From Ramlibacter sp. (lineage in GTDB: Bacteria > Pseudomonadota > Gammaproteobacteria > Burkholderiales > Burkholderiaceae_C), in contig JADJPY010000008.1 in the NCBI GenBank assembly GCA_016713005.1, forward strand, positions 1 through 64,000: a stretch of DNA of 64,000 nt, written 5' to 3'. Position 1 is the stretch's first letter. Every line of letters begins with the position of its first letter. Position numbers and translations under genes: made by a program. Under the pieces are notes generated by a model, which worked only from the letters and a program-made list of their open reading frames with translations, did not search any database and was not told where the DNA came from. Positions 44,195 through 54,766 of this stretch are shown here, piece by piece.

Positions 44195-44724
44195 TTCGCT
44201 TCCCCTTCGGCCGTTGTTTCCTCGGATTCGCGGATGCCCACCAGCTGGTCGTCCCCCAGCTGCCCGGACAGCAGGCGCCATAAATCCATCAGCAAAATGA
44301 TGGCGGCCGAAACGGCGAACGCCATGCCGCTGGCGTAGAACCAGCCCATGGACACCTCCATGATGGCGCTGCTGGTGGTGAGATTGATGCGGGTCTGGTC
44401 CAGCGCGCCCTTGAACAGCAGCCAGCACACCCCAAGCATCGCCAGGTAGCCCAGGCCGAGGCTCGCCTTCTTGCCCCAGCGCGGCAGCCGCGCCACGAGC
44501 ATGTCTGTCCCCAGGTGCGCGCGCTCGTGCATCGCTATCACGGCCCCAAGAAAAGTCATCCAGACGAACAGCCAGCGCGACAGCTCTTCCGAAATGGACA
44601 GGCCAGAGTTGAAGGCATAGCGCAGCACCACGTTGGCGAACACCAGTATCACCATCAATGCCAGGCAACCGACGATGACTGCGCCAAGCAGTCGGCAGTA
44701 GCGGTCAACCAGTGTGTTCAGCAT
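44191..44724 (-). CDS. dctQ: TRAP transporter small permease (DctQ family)
   Basis: Four TM helices, about 177 aa. Confidence 0.8.
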   Translation of the reverse strand: MLNTLVDRYCRLLGAVIVGCLALMVILVFANVVLRYAFNSGLSISEELSRWLFVWMTFLGAVIAMHERAHLGTDMLVARLPRWGKKASLGLGYLAMLGVCWLLFKGALDQTRINLTTSSAIMEVSMGWFYASGMAFAVSAAIILLMDLWRLLSGQLGDDQLVGIRESEETTAEGEAK

Positions 44725-44847
44725 CAGGACTTGTCTCCGGTGGCCATGGCGTTGGCGATGGCGGTTTTGATGCGATGAATTATGTACGAACTGGTTAGTT
44801 CTTAAAGATCGGTAAAAACCCTGATCTTTTCTTTCTTGAATTAATAT
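44725..44847. promoter_or_regulatory. AT-rich promoter region with inverted repeats GAACT-N4-AGTTC and AAGATC-N12-GATCTT; candidate TetR operators for the TRAP/quinate operon
   Basis: Read directly. Confidence 0.4.
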
Positions 44848-45522
44848 TTAGGTAATATTTTTCACGAAACGCACCACCATTTCGATGATGCTGTCACGCC
44901 GCGCGGCGATTGCTGCCGGTGACTCCAGATCGCGCTTGAAGATGAGCGCGAACGTGTGGCGGTTGGCCACATTGAAGAAGCTCAGCGCGCTGATGGACAT
45001 GTGCAGGTCCACCGGATCAATGCCACTGCGGAACACCCCGGCCGCCACGCCGCGCTCGTAGACCTGGGTCACCGCCGCGATGACCGGGACATTGAGCTTC
45101 TGGATGGATTTGCTGCGCGCCAGGAACTCCCCCCGGTGGATGTTTTCTGTCATCACCAGCCGGATGAAGTCCGGGTTGGCCAGCTGGTAGTCCACGGTAA
45201 AGCCCACCAGTTTGCGCAGGGCATCCTCGGGCGCCAGGTCCTCCAGATGCAGCTCGGTCTCGATCTGGCGGATGTGCCGGTAGGCCGCCTCCAGCACCGC
45301 CACATACAGTGCCTCCTTGCTGCCGAAGTAGTAGTAGATCATGCGCTTGCTGGTGCGCATGGCCTCGGCGATCACGTCGATGCGGGCACCGGCCAGGCCC
45401 TTTTCGGAGAACTCGTGCGTGGCGACTTCGATGATGTCGGCCATGGTGCGCTCGGGGTCGTTGGTGCGCGGCTCGGCCTTGGGACGTCTGCGAGGCGCCG
45501 CAGAATGTACTGTCTGGTTCAT
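44848..45522 (-). CDS. TetR/AcrR-family transcriptional regulator
   Basis: HTH IDVIAEAMRTSKRMIYYYFGSKEALY. Confidence 0.85.
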   Translation of the reverse strand: MNQTVHSAAPRRRPKAEPRTNDPERTMADIIEVATHEFSEKGLAGARIDVIAEAMRTSKRMIYYYFGSKEALYVAVLEAAYRHIRQIETELHLEDLAPEDALRKLVGFTVDYQLANPDFIRLVMTENIHRGEFLARSKSIQKLNVPVIAAVTQVYERGVAAGVFRSGIDPVDLHMSISALSFFNVANRHTFALIFKRDLESPAAIAARRDSIIEMVVRFVKNIT

Positions 45523-45610
45523 CTTGCGAAGTGTAGAAGAAGCCGCTGCTCACCACGCCTTGTCGCCTGCGGGGCCGCGTTCGGCAGCGAAGTCGCCGAC
45601 AATCGGGGCA

Positions 45611-46516
45611 GTGAAAACCCGCCATTTCGCGCAACTCTTTGCGCTGTCTGCCCTGTGGGGCGCCTCCTTCCTGTTCATCCGCATCGCCAGCCCGGTGCTG
45701 GGTCCCCTGGTCATGGCCGAGATCCGGGTGGCCCTGGCCTCGCTGGTTCTCTGGATCGCCATGCGCGCCGCGGGCGAAAGCATCCAGCGCCGGTGGTGGC
45801 GTGAGCTGTTCATCGTGGGCGCGCTGTCGGTCGCCCTGCCTTTTGCGCTGTTCTCCTGGGCCGGCCTGCATCTGCCGGCGGGCTACATGGCGCTGCTCAA
45901 CGTGAGCGCGGTGCTGTTTGGCACCTTGTTCGCCGCCTGGCTGCGAGAGGACACGCTCACCGCGCGCAAGCTCCTGGGATGCGTGTGCGGCTTTGCTGGC
46001 GTGGGCATGGTGGTGCAACTGGGACCGGTGCAGCTGTCGCTGCCGGTTGTGCTTGCCGCACTGGCCTGCGTCACGGCCGCAGCCTGCTACGGCCTTTGCA
46101 CGCCGCTGATGAAACGCGCCACCACGCGCATCCCCACCCTGACCATTGCCGCGGGCTCGCACATGACGTCGGCTCTGCTCCTGCTGGCACCAGCCGCAGC
46201 CACACTGCCACAGGCCCGCTTCAGCTGGGGTGCGGCGATGGCCGTGCTCGTGATGGGTGTGGTCACCTCCGGGGGCGCCTTCTGGATGCACCTGCGCATC
46301 ATCAAGCAAGTCTCGCCGGTCGCCGCGATGGCACCCACCTTCCTGATCCCGCTCTTCGGGCTGGCGTGGGGCTGGATTTTCCTGGGCGAGCCCATGGGCT
46401 CTGGTCTGTGGCTCGGTGGGGCGCTGGTGCTGCTGGCGGCCGCGCTCGTCACCGGCTTCAACCCGGTCGCACGGCTGTGGCAGGCGCTGTCTGGTTCCGA
46501 TGCCGCCAGACCCTGA
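45611..46516 (+). CDS. EamA/DMT-family transporter
   Basis: Ten TM helices. GTG start at 45611. Confidence 0.75.
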   Translation: MKTRHFAQLFALSALWGASFLFIRIASPVLGPLVMAEIRVALASLVLWIAMRAAGESIQRRWWRELFIVGALSVALPFALFSWAGLHLPAGYMALLNVSAVLFGTLFAAWLREDTLTARKLLGCVCGFAGVGMVVQLGPVQLSLPVVLAALACVTAAACYGLCTPLMKRATTRIPTLTIAAGSHMTSALLLLAPAAATLPQARFSWGAAMAVLVMGVVTSGGAFWMHLRIIKQVSPVAAMAPTFLIPLFGLAWGWIFLGEPMGSGLWLGGALVLLAAALVTGFNPVARLWQALSGSDAARP

Positions 46517-47666
46517 ACGCGCAACCGGTTGCTATCAAACTTGTAGCAAAGGAAGTCCAGAAGACGGGGGTCAGGCCGTAATTTGAGCTCAGGACTCCGC
46601 CCCCGATCGACCCCAGCACGCCGGTGCAGCCATAGCCGATGACGGTGTACAGCGCCTGGCCGCGGCCACGCAGCCGTGCCGGGAAATGGTGCGACAGCAT
46701 GGCGATGCACACCGTGTGGTGGGCGGCAAAAGTCAAGGCGTGCAGGGATTGCGCGACAAACAGGGCGAGCAGCCAGCCGCCCCCCGCCGCAGTGAGCCCC
46801 ATGCGCAGCACGGTGCACGCGGCACACACGACCAGCCAGGCGCTCAGGCTCAGCCGCGGCAACCACCGGCTCTGGGTGAAGAACCAGCCGATCTCCACCA
46901 CCACAGATACCGCCCACAGCACGCCGATCATGGTCTTGCTGTAGCCCAGCGAGTCCAGGTACAGGGAGAAGAACGCGTAGATGCCGATGTGCGACAACAC
47001 GTGGAAAAACACCGCCGCAAAGAACCACTGCACCGCGCGCTGCCGCAGCACCGGCATCACCGGCACCGAGGATCCAGCCGTGGAGACAGGATCGCGGCGG
47101 TTCGGCAGCCACCATGTGCTGGCCGCCACCGCCACCAGCGTGAGCGCCGTCCAGGCAGGGAAATGCGACATGCCGAAGCGCTCGAACCATGCGCCCGCGG
47201 CAAACACCGTCAGCAGGAAGCCCAGCGATCCCCACAGACGCACCCGGCCATACCGGCGCGCATCAAACACGCCGCCCTGGCTGACGAGGTGCGCCATGGC
47301 GGCCTCGCTCATGGGCATCATGGCGCTGGTGTGGGTGAACATCACCACCAGCACCAGGGCCAGCCAGGCCACGCCCCAGTCCAGCCCAAGCCCCAGCGAG
47401 GACAGCAATGCAGCCGTGGCGCCATAGCGCAGCAGGCGCACACGCTCACCGCTGCGGTCGCTCAACGCACCCCATGCGTAGGGCGCAAACAGCCTTGTGG
47501 CGGCCTGCACCGCCGTCAGCAGGCTGATGGTGAACAGGCCCAGGCCCAGTTCTTTCAGCCAGAGCGGGAGGTACGGATTGAAAAAGCCGATATGTGCAAA
47601 GTAGCTCGCTGACAGGGCGGCAAACGGGGCCAGGGCGGCCTTGCGCGTGGCGCCCATGGGCTGCAA
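46458..47666 (-). CDS. MFS transporter
   Basis: Twelve TM helices. Confidence 0.75.
   Translation of the reverse strand: MQPMGATRKAALAPFAALSASYFAHIGFFNPYLPLWLKELGLGLFTISLLTAVQAATRLFAPYAWGALSDRSGERVRLLRYGATAALLSSLGLGLDWGVAWLALVLVVMFTHTSAMMPMSEAAMAHLVSQGGVFDARRYGRVRLWGSLGFLLTVFAAGAWFERFGMSHFPAWTALTLVAVAASTWWLPNRRDPVSTAGSSVPVMPVLRQRAVQWFFAAVFFHVLSHIGIYAFFSLYLDSLGYSKTMIGVLWAVSVVVEIGWFFTQSRWLPRLSLSAWLVVCAACTVLRMGLTAAGGGWLLALFVAQSLHALTFAAHHTVCIAMLSHHFPARLRGRGQALYTVIGYGCTGVLGSIGGGVLSSNYGLTPVFWTSFATSLIATGCAFRVWRHRNQTAPATAVRPG
46529..46547. repeat. Same family (TTGCTATCAAACTTGTAGC), in-frame in the MFS 3' end
   Basis: Read directly. Confidence 0.65.
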
Positions 47667-47675
47667 CCGCCTGGC

Positions 47676-48773
47676 CTAGAGGAACGACGACGCGATGGGT
47701 GCCAGCGGCGACTGCACATCGCCGTTTTGCGCGCGCTGGCGCAGCGCGTGCTCCATCACCACCAGGGCCAGCATCGCTTCGGCGATGGGGGTGGCGCGGA
47801 TGCCCACACAGGGGTCGTGCCGACCCTTGGTGACAACCTCGGTGGGTTCGCCCCTGATGTTGATCGTCTCGCGCGGGCTGATGATGGAGCTGGTGGGCTT
47901 GATGGCGATGGCCACGTCCAGGTCCTGCCCGGTGCTGATGCCGCCCAGCACGCCGCCGGCGTTGTTGGACTTGAATCCCTGGGGCGACAGCGAATCGCCG
48001 TGGGTGGTGCCGCGTTGCGTGACGCTGGCAAAGCCCGCGCCAATCTCCACGCCCTTGACGGCGTTGATGCCCATCATGGCGTATGCAATGTCCGCATCGA
48101 GCTTGTCAAACAGCGGCTCGCCAAGCCCCACGGGCACCTTGCTGGCCACGACCCGAACCCGCGCCCCACACGAATCGCCCGCCTTGCGCAGGCTGTCCAT
48201 GTAGGCCTCCAGCTGGCTCACATCGGCCACAGGTGCGAAGAACGGGTTGCGGGGCACATGCTCCCAACCCTCGAACGGGATGGCGACTTCGCCAATCTGC
48301 GTCATGCAACCCCGGAAAGTGGTGCCGTAGCGGTCACGCAGCCATTTTTTGGCCACGGCACCGGCCGCCACCATGGGCGCCGTCAGTCGCGCCGAAGACC
48401 GCCCGCCGCCGCGCGGGTCACGCAGGCCGTACTTCTGGATGTAGGTGTAATCGGCATGCCCGGGGCGGAAGGTCTGGGCGATTTCGCTGTAGTCCTTGCT
48501 GCGCTGGTCGGTGTTGCGGATGAGCAGGCAGATCGGCGTGCCGGTGGTATGCCCCTCGTAAACGCCCGAAAGGATTTCGACCTTGTCCTCTTCCTGGCGC
48601 TGGGTGACATGGCGACTCGTGCCAGGGCGGCGGCGGTCCAGGTCGCCCTGGATGTCGGCCTCCGAAAGCGCCATGCCGGGCGGACAACCGTCGATCACGC
48701 AGCCGATGGCAGGGCCGTGGGATTCACCAAAGTTGGTGACAGCGAATAGGGAGCCAAAGGTGTTGCCGCTCAT
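47676..48773 (-). CDS. aroC: Chorismate synthase
   Basis: [33 protein letters not shown]. Confidence 0.95.
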   Translation of the reverse strand: MSGNTFGSLFAVTNFGESHGPAIGCVIDGCPPGMALSEADIQGDLDRRRPGTSRHVTQRQEEDKVEILSGVYEGHTTGTPICLLIRNTDQRSKDYSEIAQTFRPGHADYTYIQKYGLRDPRGGGRSSARLTAPMVAAGAVAKKWLRDRYGTTFRGCMTQIGEVAIPFEGWEHVPRNPFFAPVADVSQLEAYMDSLRKAGDSCGARVRVVASKVPVGLGEPLFDKLDADIAYAMMGINAVKGVEIGAGFASVTQRGTTHGDSLSPQGFKSNNAGGVLGGISTGQDLDVAIAIKPTSSIISPRETINIRGEPTEVVTKGRHDPCVGIRATPIAEAMLALVVMEHALRQRAQNGDVQSPLAPIASSFL

Positions 48774-48877
48774 GGGGCGCGATTATCCCAGACCGGTCCG
48801 AAGCGGTGCATGGAGACGGGAACACTTCATGCTTGACGCAACCCTGCAGCCATCACCCGAGGCTGAAGGAGAAACCC

Positions 48878-49297
48878 ATGCTGGACCGCACGCAAACGAA
48901 GTTCTCTCACGTCAAGCCCGCTGATACGGCATACGTTGCCGGTGGCCTGCGCGACTTCTTTCTCTACCGTGACCTTGGCGTGGCCGAAGCCACCAACAGC
49001 AAGGTCATCGCGCGCCTTGTCAAGGCCAACATGGCACCGGAAACGGGCACCGGCTGGCACCGCCACGAGGCAGAGTTCCAGATCGTGATCATGGTCAAGG
49101 GCTGGGCGAAGTTCATGTACGAGGACAAGGAGACCCTGGTGGAAGCCGGTGATGTGGTGCACCAGCGCCCCGGCATCCGCCACTACCTGTTCGACTATTC
49201 GCCTGACATGGAGTACCTGGAGATCGTCTCGCCGGCCGATTTCAGGACAGTGGATGTCGAGCCGGTCTGCGACATACCGGCGCCGACTCCCTGGTAA
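48878..49297 (+). CDS. Cupin-domain protein
   Basis: SD AGGAG. Cupin motifs WHRHE...VVHQRPGIRH. Confidence 0.7.
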   Translation: MLDRTQTKFSHVKPADTAYVAGGLRDFFLYRDLGVAEATNSKVIARLVKANMAPETGTGWHRHEAEFQIVIMVKGWAKFMYEDKETLVEAGDVVHQRPGIRHYLFDYSPDMEYLEIVSPADFRTVDVEPVCDIPAPTPW

Positions 49298-49300
49298 CCG

Positions 49301-49957
49301 TCAGAACTCAGCGTCAAGCTCGTCGATCTCGGCAGGCTCCTTCTTCGCGGCGGCCACCCATTCCTTCATGGCGGGGAGTTCCATGATCCGCTTGCAATAG
49401 GCCACGCTTACCTTGTCCAGGGGCACGTCGTAGGTCAGGAAACGTGTCACCACAGGGGCATACATGGCGTCGGCCATGGTGGGCACCTTGCCAAACAGGT
49501 ATGGGCCCCCATAGGACGCCAGGCATTCCTTCCAGATGGCCAGGACGCGGTCGATGTCGCCCTGTGCGCGCGACCAGACCTTGAAGTTGGGGAAATGTGC
49601 GCGCAGGTTCATCGGCAGCGCGCCGCGCAAGGACGAAAAACCCGAATGCATCTCGCCGCAAATGGCGCGGCAGTGCGCCCGCGCCCTGGCATCGGCGGGC
49701 AGCAGCCCCGCCTTGGGCTTGACCTCATTGAGGTACTCGCCGATCGCCAGCGTGTCCCAGACCTTGATGCCGTTGTGCTGCAGCGAAGGCACCAACATGG
49801 ACGGCGCCAGAAGGAGCATCTCCGCTTTCATGGCCGGGTCATCCGGCGGAATCACCTTTTCGGTGAATTCCAGGCCTGCGAATCTGGCCATCAGCCAGCC
49901 GCGCAAGGCCCAGGCACCATAGTTCTTGCTGCTGATCGTCAGGACGGCTTTGGCCAT
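49301..49957 (-). CDS. Glutathione S-transferase
   Basis: GST N- and C-domains. Start at MAKAVLTISS. Confidence 0.75.
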   Translation of the reverse strand: MAKAVLTISSKNYGAWALRGWLMARFAGLEFTEKVIPPDDPAMKAEMLLLAPSMLVPSLQHNGIKVWDTLAIGEYLNEVKPKAGLLPADARARAHCRAICGEMHSGFSSLRGALPMNLRAHFPNFKVWSRAQGDIDRVLAIWKECLASYGGPYLFGKVPTMADAMYAPVVTRFLTYDVPLDKVSVAYCKRIMELPAMKEWVAAAKKEPAEIDELDAEF

Positions 49958-50103
49958 GGAGGTCTCCGGTGTTGCCCCGGTTTCGAGCAAGTTGCGGGCC
50001 AGAGCGGTGCATCAATGGCCAGGGCACCAATACAGGCGCCGCTGGCCCGCAACTTGCCTGTGGTCAAGTCTCCGGGCCACAAGCCCGCCCCACAGGGAAG
50101 CCC

Positions 50104-51318
50104 ATGCTGTATCAGGCCTATCAAACCCAGTCCGACCTGATTTCGCCGTTGCGTTTGCTGGCCCAGCACTCCAGCGCACTGATGTGGCTGCGCCAGACCG
50201 AGGGCAGCGTCCTGCGCAAGTTCTCCGCCGCCGCCGAGGTGTTCTCCCGCATGCGCCTGACGCATTCGCGCCCGGCCTACGGCATAGATTCCGTCCAGGT
50301 GGGTGGCGACACCTGGGCCATCACGGAAGAAAAGACCCTCGCCCTGCCCTTTGGCACGCTGCTGCATTTCCGCCGTGAGGGCGCGGGTACCGACCTGCCG
50401 CCGGTGCTGCTGGTGGCGCCGCTGTCGGGTCACTTCGCCACCTTGCTGCGCGAGACCGTGCGCACCCTGCTGCAGGACCACGATGTCTACATCACCGATT
50501 GGCACAACGCGCGCGACGTGAGCCTGCGCCACGGCGGCTTCAGCCTGGACGACTACATCGACTACATGATGCGGTACATGGCCGCCATCGGCCCGGGCGT
50601 GAACGTGGTCGCCGTCTGCCAGCCTTGCGTGGCCGCGCTGGCCGCCACCGCCCTGATGGCCGAGGACGACCACCCTGCCACGCCACGCAGCCTGACGCTG
50701 ATGGCAGGGCCCGTGGACTGCCGCGTCAACCCCACCGGCGTGAACACCCTGGCCACCAGCAAGCCGATCGAGTGGTTCGAACAGAACCTCATCAGCCATG
50801 TGCCGCTGCCGCACGCGGGCTACATGCGCCGGGTCTACCCCGGGTTCGTGCAGCTCAGCGCCTTCATGAGCATGAACCTGGAGCGCCACAAGCAGCAGTT
50901 CCGCAACCTGTACCAGCACCTGGTGGAGGGCGAGGAAGAGCAGGCCAACCTGATCCGCGTGTTCTACGACGAGTACCTGGCCGTGAACGACCTGCCGGCC
51001 GAGTTCTACCTGGAAACCGTGGAGAAAGTGTTCCAGACCTACGACCTGGCCGTGGGCAAGCTGGCGTACCGCGGCCGGCTGGTCAACCCTGGCGCCATCC
51101 GCCGCACAGCACTGCTGACGGTGGAGGGCGAACGCGACGACATCTGCAGCGTCGGCCAGACGGTGGCCGCGCAGGACCTGTGCACCGGCATCCGGCCGTA
51201 CCTGAAAACCCACCATATCCAAGTGGGCGTGGGACACTACGGCGTGTTCAGCGGCCGCAAGTGGAACCAGCAGATCTACCCGCGCGTGCGGGAGGTGATC
51301 CACGCCAGCATGGGCTGA
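50104..51318 (+). CDS. phaZ: Intracellular poly(3-hydroxybutyrate) depolymerase (PhaZ)
   Basis: MLYQAYQTQSDLISPLRLLA N-terminus typical of PhaZ. Confidence 0.85.
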   Translation: MLYQAYQTQSDLISPLRLLAQHSSALMWLRQTEGSVLRKFSAAAEVFSRMRLTHSRPAYGIDSVQVGGDTWAITEEKTLALPFGTLLHFRREGAGTDLPPVLLVAPLSGHFATLLRETVRTLLQDHDVYITDWHNARDVSLRHGGFSLDDYIDYMMRYMAAIGPGVNVVAVCQPCVAALAATALMAEDDHPATPRSLTLMAGPVDCRVNPTGVNTLATSKPIEWFEQNLISHVPLPHAGYMRRVYPGFVQLSAFMSMNLERHKQQFRNLYQHLVEGEEEQANLIRVFYDEYLAVNDLPAEFYLETVEKVFQTYDLAVGKLAYRGRLVNPGAIRRTALLTVEGERDDICSVGQTVAAQDLCTGIRPYLKTHHIQVGVGHYGVFSGRKWNQQIYPRVREVIHASMG

Positions 51319-51325
51319 CGACGTC

Positions 51326-51785
51326 TCAGGGCTTGGGCGCTTCTTCCTGCTCGGCAGGCCAGTCGCGGATGTAGGCCTTGAGCATCTTGTTCTCGAAATT
51401 CTGGCTGTCCACAACGGCCTTGGCCACGTCGTAGAAGCTGATCACGCCCATCAGCATGCGGGCGTCCATCACCGGCATGTAGCGCGCGTGGCGTTCCAGC
51501 ATCATGCGGCGGACTTCGTCCAGGTCGGTTTCGCCCGTGCAGGTCAGCGGGTGGTCGTCCATGGCCTTGCGCACCTGCGTGGCCCCCACCACTCCCCCCG
51601 TTGCGCACGATGGTCTGGATCACCTCGCGAAACGTCAGCATGCCCACCAGGTCGCCGTGGTCCATGACCACCAGCGAGCCGATGTCCTTTTCGGCCATGA
51701 CATCCACGGCCCGGGCCAGCGGTTCGTCGGGCGTCACGGTGTACAGGGTGTTGCCCTTGACGCGCAGGATGTCGCTGACTTTCAT
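51326..51785 (-). pseudogene. CBS-pair domain protein interrupted by a frameshift in a C6/G6 homopolymer (51594-51599)
   Basis: The N-half is MKVSDILRVKGN...VIQTIVRNGG (ORF 51276..51785). The C-half is ...RKAMDDHPLTCTGETDLDEVRRMMLERHARYMPV... (ORF 51326..51592), in another frame. Confidence 0.6.
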
Positions 51786-51926
51786 GATGTTCTCCTCTGG
51801 GCCATGACGCAGACCATGCGATCAATATAGCCCACAATAAGCCCATTCAACTGCGACGGCGCCCGCGGGTCAAGCCCCGGATTCCCCGGGGCGCTGCCGC
51901 ACAAACCACGACCTTGCGGAGACCCC

Positions 51927-53237
51927 ATGCCCGGCTATTCCGATCCCGGCTTCGACACGTTGGCACTGCACGCCGGCGCCGCGCCAGACCCTGCCACCGG
52001 CGCGCGCGCCACGCCCATCCACCTGACGACCTCGTTTGTGTTCGAGTCCAGTGACCACGCCGCGGCGTTGTTCAACCTGGAGCGTCCCGGCCACGTGTAC
52101 AGCCGCATCAGCAATCCCACCACCGCGGTGCTGGAGCAGCGCGTGGCTGCCCTTGAAGGCGGCATCGGCGCCATTGCCACCGCCAGTGGCCAGGCGGCGC
52201 TGCACCTGAGCGTGGCCACGTTGATGGGCTCTGGCTCGCACATTGTGGCCAGCACTGCGCTGTACGGCGGCAGCCAGAACCTGCTGCACTACACGATGCG
52301 CCGCTTCGGCATCGACACCACCTTCGTCAAGCCGGGTGACCTGGACGGCTGGCGCGCCGCCATCCGGCCCAACACCAAACTGCTGTTTGGCGAAACCGTG
52401 GGCAACCCCGGGCTGGACGTGCTGGACATTCCCGCCGTCGGCGCAATCGCACACGAGGCCGGCGTGCCGCTGCTGGTGGACGCCACCCTCACCTCCCCCT
52501 ACCTGCAGCAGCCGCTGGCGCTGGGGGCTGACCTGGTCTATCACTCGGCCACCAAGTTCCTGAGCGGCCACGGCACGGTGATTGGCGGCATCGTGGTGGA
52601 CGGCGGCAGCTTTGACTGGGACAGCCCCAGGGCCGCTGGCCGCTTTGCCGAACTGACCCAGCCCTACGACGGCTTCCACAACATGGTGTTCACCGAGGAG
52701 TCCACCGTCGGCGCCTTCCTGCTGCGCGCGCGCCGCGAGGGCCTGCGCGACTTTGGAGCCTGCATGAGCCCGCACACCGCCTGGCTGATCCTGCAGGGCA
52801 TTGAAACCCTGCCCCTGCGCATGCAGCGGCACATGGGCAACACGGAAAAGGTGGTGGAGTTCCTTGCCAGCCAGCCCTTTGTGGCGCGCGTGGGCCACCC
52901 CATGCTGGAGAGCCACCCCAGCCATGCCCTGGCGCAAAGGCTCTTGCCCAAGGGCGCGGGCAGCGTGTTCAGCTTTGACATCAAGGGCAACCGCGAGCAG
53001 GGCAAGAAGTTCATCGAGGCGCTCAAGGTCTTCAGCCACCTGGCCAATGTGGGCGATTGCCGCTCGCTGGTGATCCACCCGGCCAGCACCACGCACTTCC
53101 GCATGACCGACGAAGCACTCGCTGGCGCCGGCATCAGCCAGGGCACGATCCGCCTGTCCATTGGCCTGGAAGACCCGGACGACCTGATTGACGACCTCAA
53201 GCGCGCCCTCAAGGCCGCGGAGAAAGCAGGAGCATGA
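51927..53237 (+). CDS. metY: O-acetylhomoserine aminocarboxypropyltransferase (sulfhydrylase)
   Basis: PLP enzyme with full-length MetY homology. Confidence 0.9.
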   Translation: MPGYSDPGFDTLALHAGAAPDPATGARATPIHLTTSFVFESSDHAAALFNLERPGHVYSRISNPTTAVLEQRVAALEGGIGAIATASGQAALHLSVATLMGSGSHIVASTALYGGSQNLLHYTMRRFGIDTTFVKPGDLDGWRAAIRPNTKLLFGETVGNPGLDVLDIPAVGAIAHEAGVPLLVDATLTSPYLQQPLALGADLVYHSATKFLSGHGTVIGGIVVDGGSFDWDSPRAAGRFAELTQPYDGFHNMVFTEESTVGAFLLRARREGLRDFGACMSPHTAWLILQGIETLPLRMQRHMGNTEKVVEFLASQPFVARVGHPMLESHPSHALAQRLLPKGAGSVFSFDIKGNREQGKKFIEALKVFSHLANVGDCRSLVIHPASTTHFRMTDEALAGAGISQGTIRLSIGLEDPDDLIDDLKRALKAAEKAGA

Positions 53238-54052
53238 TCCTCACCGTCAACAGCGCCAATACCTACTGCTACACCGGCGGCAAGCCTTTCGATGCCGCCA
53301 AGCCCACCGTGGTTTTCATCCACGGCGTCGTCAACGACCACAGCGTGTGGATCCTGCAGAGCCGCTACATGGCCAACCACGGCTGGAACGTGCTGGCCGT
53401 GGACTTGCCCGGCCACTGCCGCAGCGATGGCGAGGCGCCCTCGTCGGTGGAGGAAGCGGCCGGATTCATCAAGGCGCTGCTGGACGCGGCCGGGGTGCAC
53501 AAGGCGGCCCTGGTCGGCCACAGCTGGGGTTCGCTGATTGCGCTGGAAGCGGCCTCACAACTCAAGGAACGCGTGAGCCACCTGGTGCTCGTGGGCACCG
53601 CCTTCCCGATGAAGGTCTCGCAAATGCTGCTGGACGCTTCGCTCAACGAACCCGAGAAAGCCCTGCAGATGATCAATGTGTTCAGCCGCAGCACACTGGC
53701 GCCCCCGCCCTCGACGCTGGGCCCAGGCACCTGGATATACGGGGCCAGCCTTGCACTGGGCCGGCGCGTGCTGCGCAGCAACCCCAAGGTCAACGTGTTC
53801 CACCGCGGCTTCAAGGCCTGCGACAGCTACACGCACGGCGAGGACGCGATGGGGCAGGTCACCGCACCTGTGCTGTTTGTGCTGGGCGCACAGGACCAGA
53901 TGACAATGGCCAAGGCTGCGCAGCCCCTGATCACCAAGGCGCAGGCTGCGGGCAAGCGCTTCAAGGTTGTCAGCCTGCCTGTGGGCCATCACCAGATGAC
54001 CGAGACACCCGACGCGACGCTGTTCGCCATCCGAGACTTCCTGCAGGGCTGA
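53234..54052 (+). CDS. Alpha/beta hydrolase
   Basis: GHSWGS nucleophile elbow. ATGA overlap with metY. Confidence 0.7.
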   Translation: MILTVNSANTYCYTGGKPFDAAKPTVVFIHGVVNDHSVWILQSRYMANHGWNVLAVDLPGHCRSDGEAPSSVEEAAGFIKALLDAAGVHKAALVGHSWGSLIALEAASQLKERVSHLVLVGTAFPMKVSQMLLDASLNEPEKALQMINVFSRSTLAPPPSTLGPGTWIYGASLALGRRVLRSNPKVNVFHRGFKACDSYTHGEDAMGQVTAPVLFVLGAQDQMTMAKAAQPLITKAQAAGKRFKVVSLPVGHHQMTETPDATLFAIRDFLQG

Positions 54053-54766
54053 TCAGGGCAGCGCCCGCAGGCGCTGCGTCTCCTTGCGCACCACCTCATA
54101 GCATTCGCAGGCGCGGGTTTCCAGGCCGGAGCGACTGAGCACCGCGATGTGCCCGCGCCGGCTGCTGATGTAGCCGGCGCGCTGCAGGTTCCCCACCGCA
54201 CCCGTGATTCCCTCGCGGCGGACCCCCAGCATGCCGGCCACCAGTTCCTGCGTCATCACCAGTTCCTGGCCGGGCAGCCTGTCCAGCGTCAACAGCAGCC
54301 AGCGGCACAGCTGCTGCTCCACCGAATGGTGGCGGTTGCAGGCCGCCGTCTGGCACATGTGTGTGGCCAGCCCCTGCGTGTAGCGCAGCAGCACGCGCTG
54401 CGTCAGCGTGCAGCTGTCAAACGCCTGCTTGAGCGCCCTGCGATCCAGCCGGTAGGCGTGGCCCGCCGTGCGCACCATGGCCGAGCTGGGCGTGGTGTCG
54501 CCCCCCATGAACAAGGCAATCCCCACCACGCCTTCGTTGCCGACACCCGCACTTTCTGCGGATGCGCCGGACTCGGTCACATAGTGCAGGGAGACGATGG
54601 CGGTGACGGGAAAGCAGGCGTGCTGCATCTGCCGTCCAGGCTCATAAAGCATCTCGCCCAGGGGCAGCATCACCAGCTCCATCTGTTCGGCCAGACGCCC
54701 CAGCGCCAGTGGTGGCAGCGCGGCAAGCAGGCCGTTGTGCAACGGGCTGTGCATGGCCTGCATCAA
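54053..54766 (-). CDS. Crp/Fnr-family transcriptional regulator
   Basis: cNMP-binding domain plus C-terminal HTH. Confidence 0.8.
   Translation of the reverse strand: MMQAMHSPLHNGLLAALPPLALGRLAEQMELVMLPLGEMLYEPGRQMQHACFPVTAIVSLHYVTESGASAESAGVGNEGVVGIALFMGGDTTPSSAMVRTAGHAYRLDRRALKQAFDSCTLTQRVLLRYTQGLATHMCQTAACNRHHSVEQQLCRWLLLTLDRLPGQELVMTQELVAGMLGVRREGITGAVGNLQRAGYISSRRGHIAVLSRSGLETRACECYEVVRKETQRLRALP

Noticed and set aside
51846-51926. SAM riboswitch upstream of metY
   Set aside because: No SAM-I or SAM-II consensus elements are visible in the 80-nt leader.
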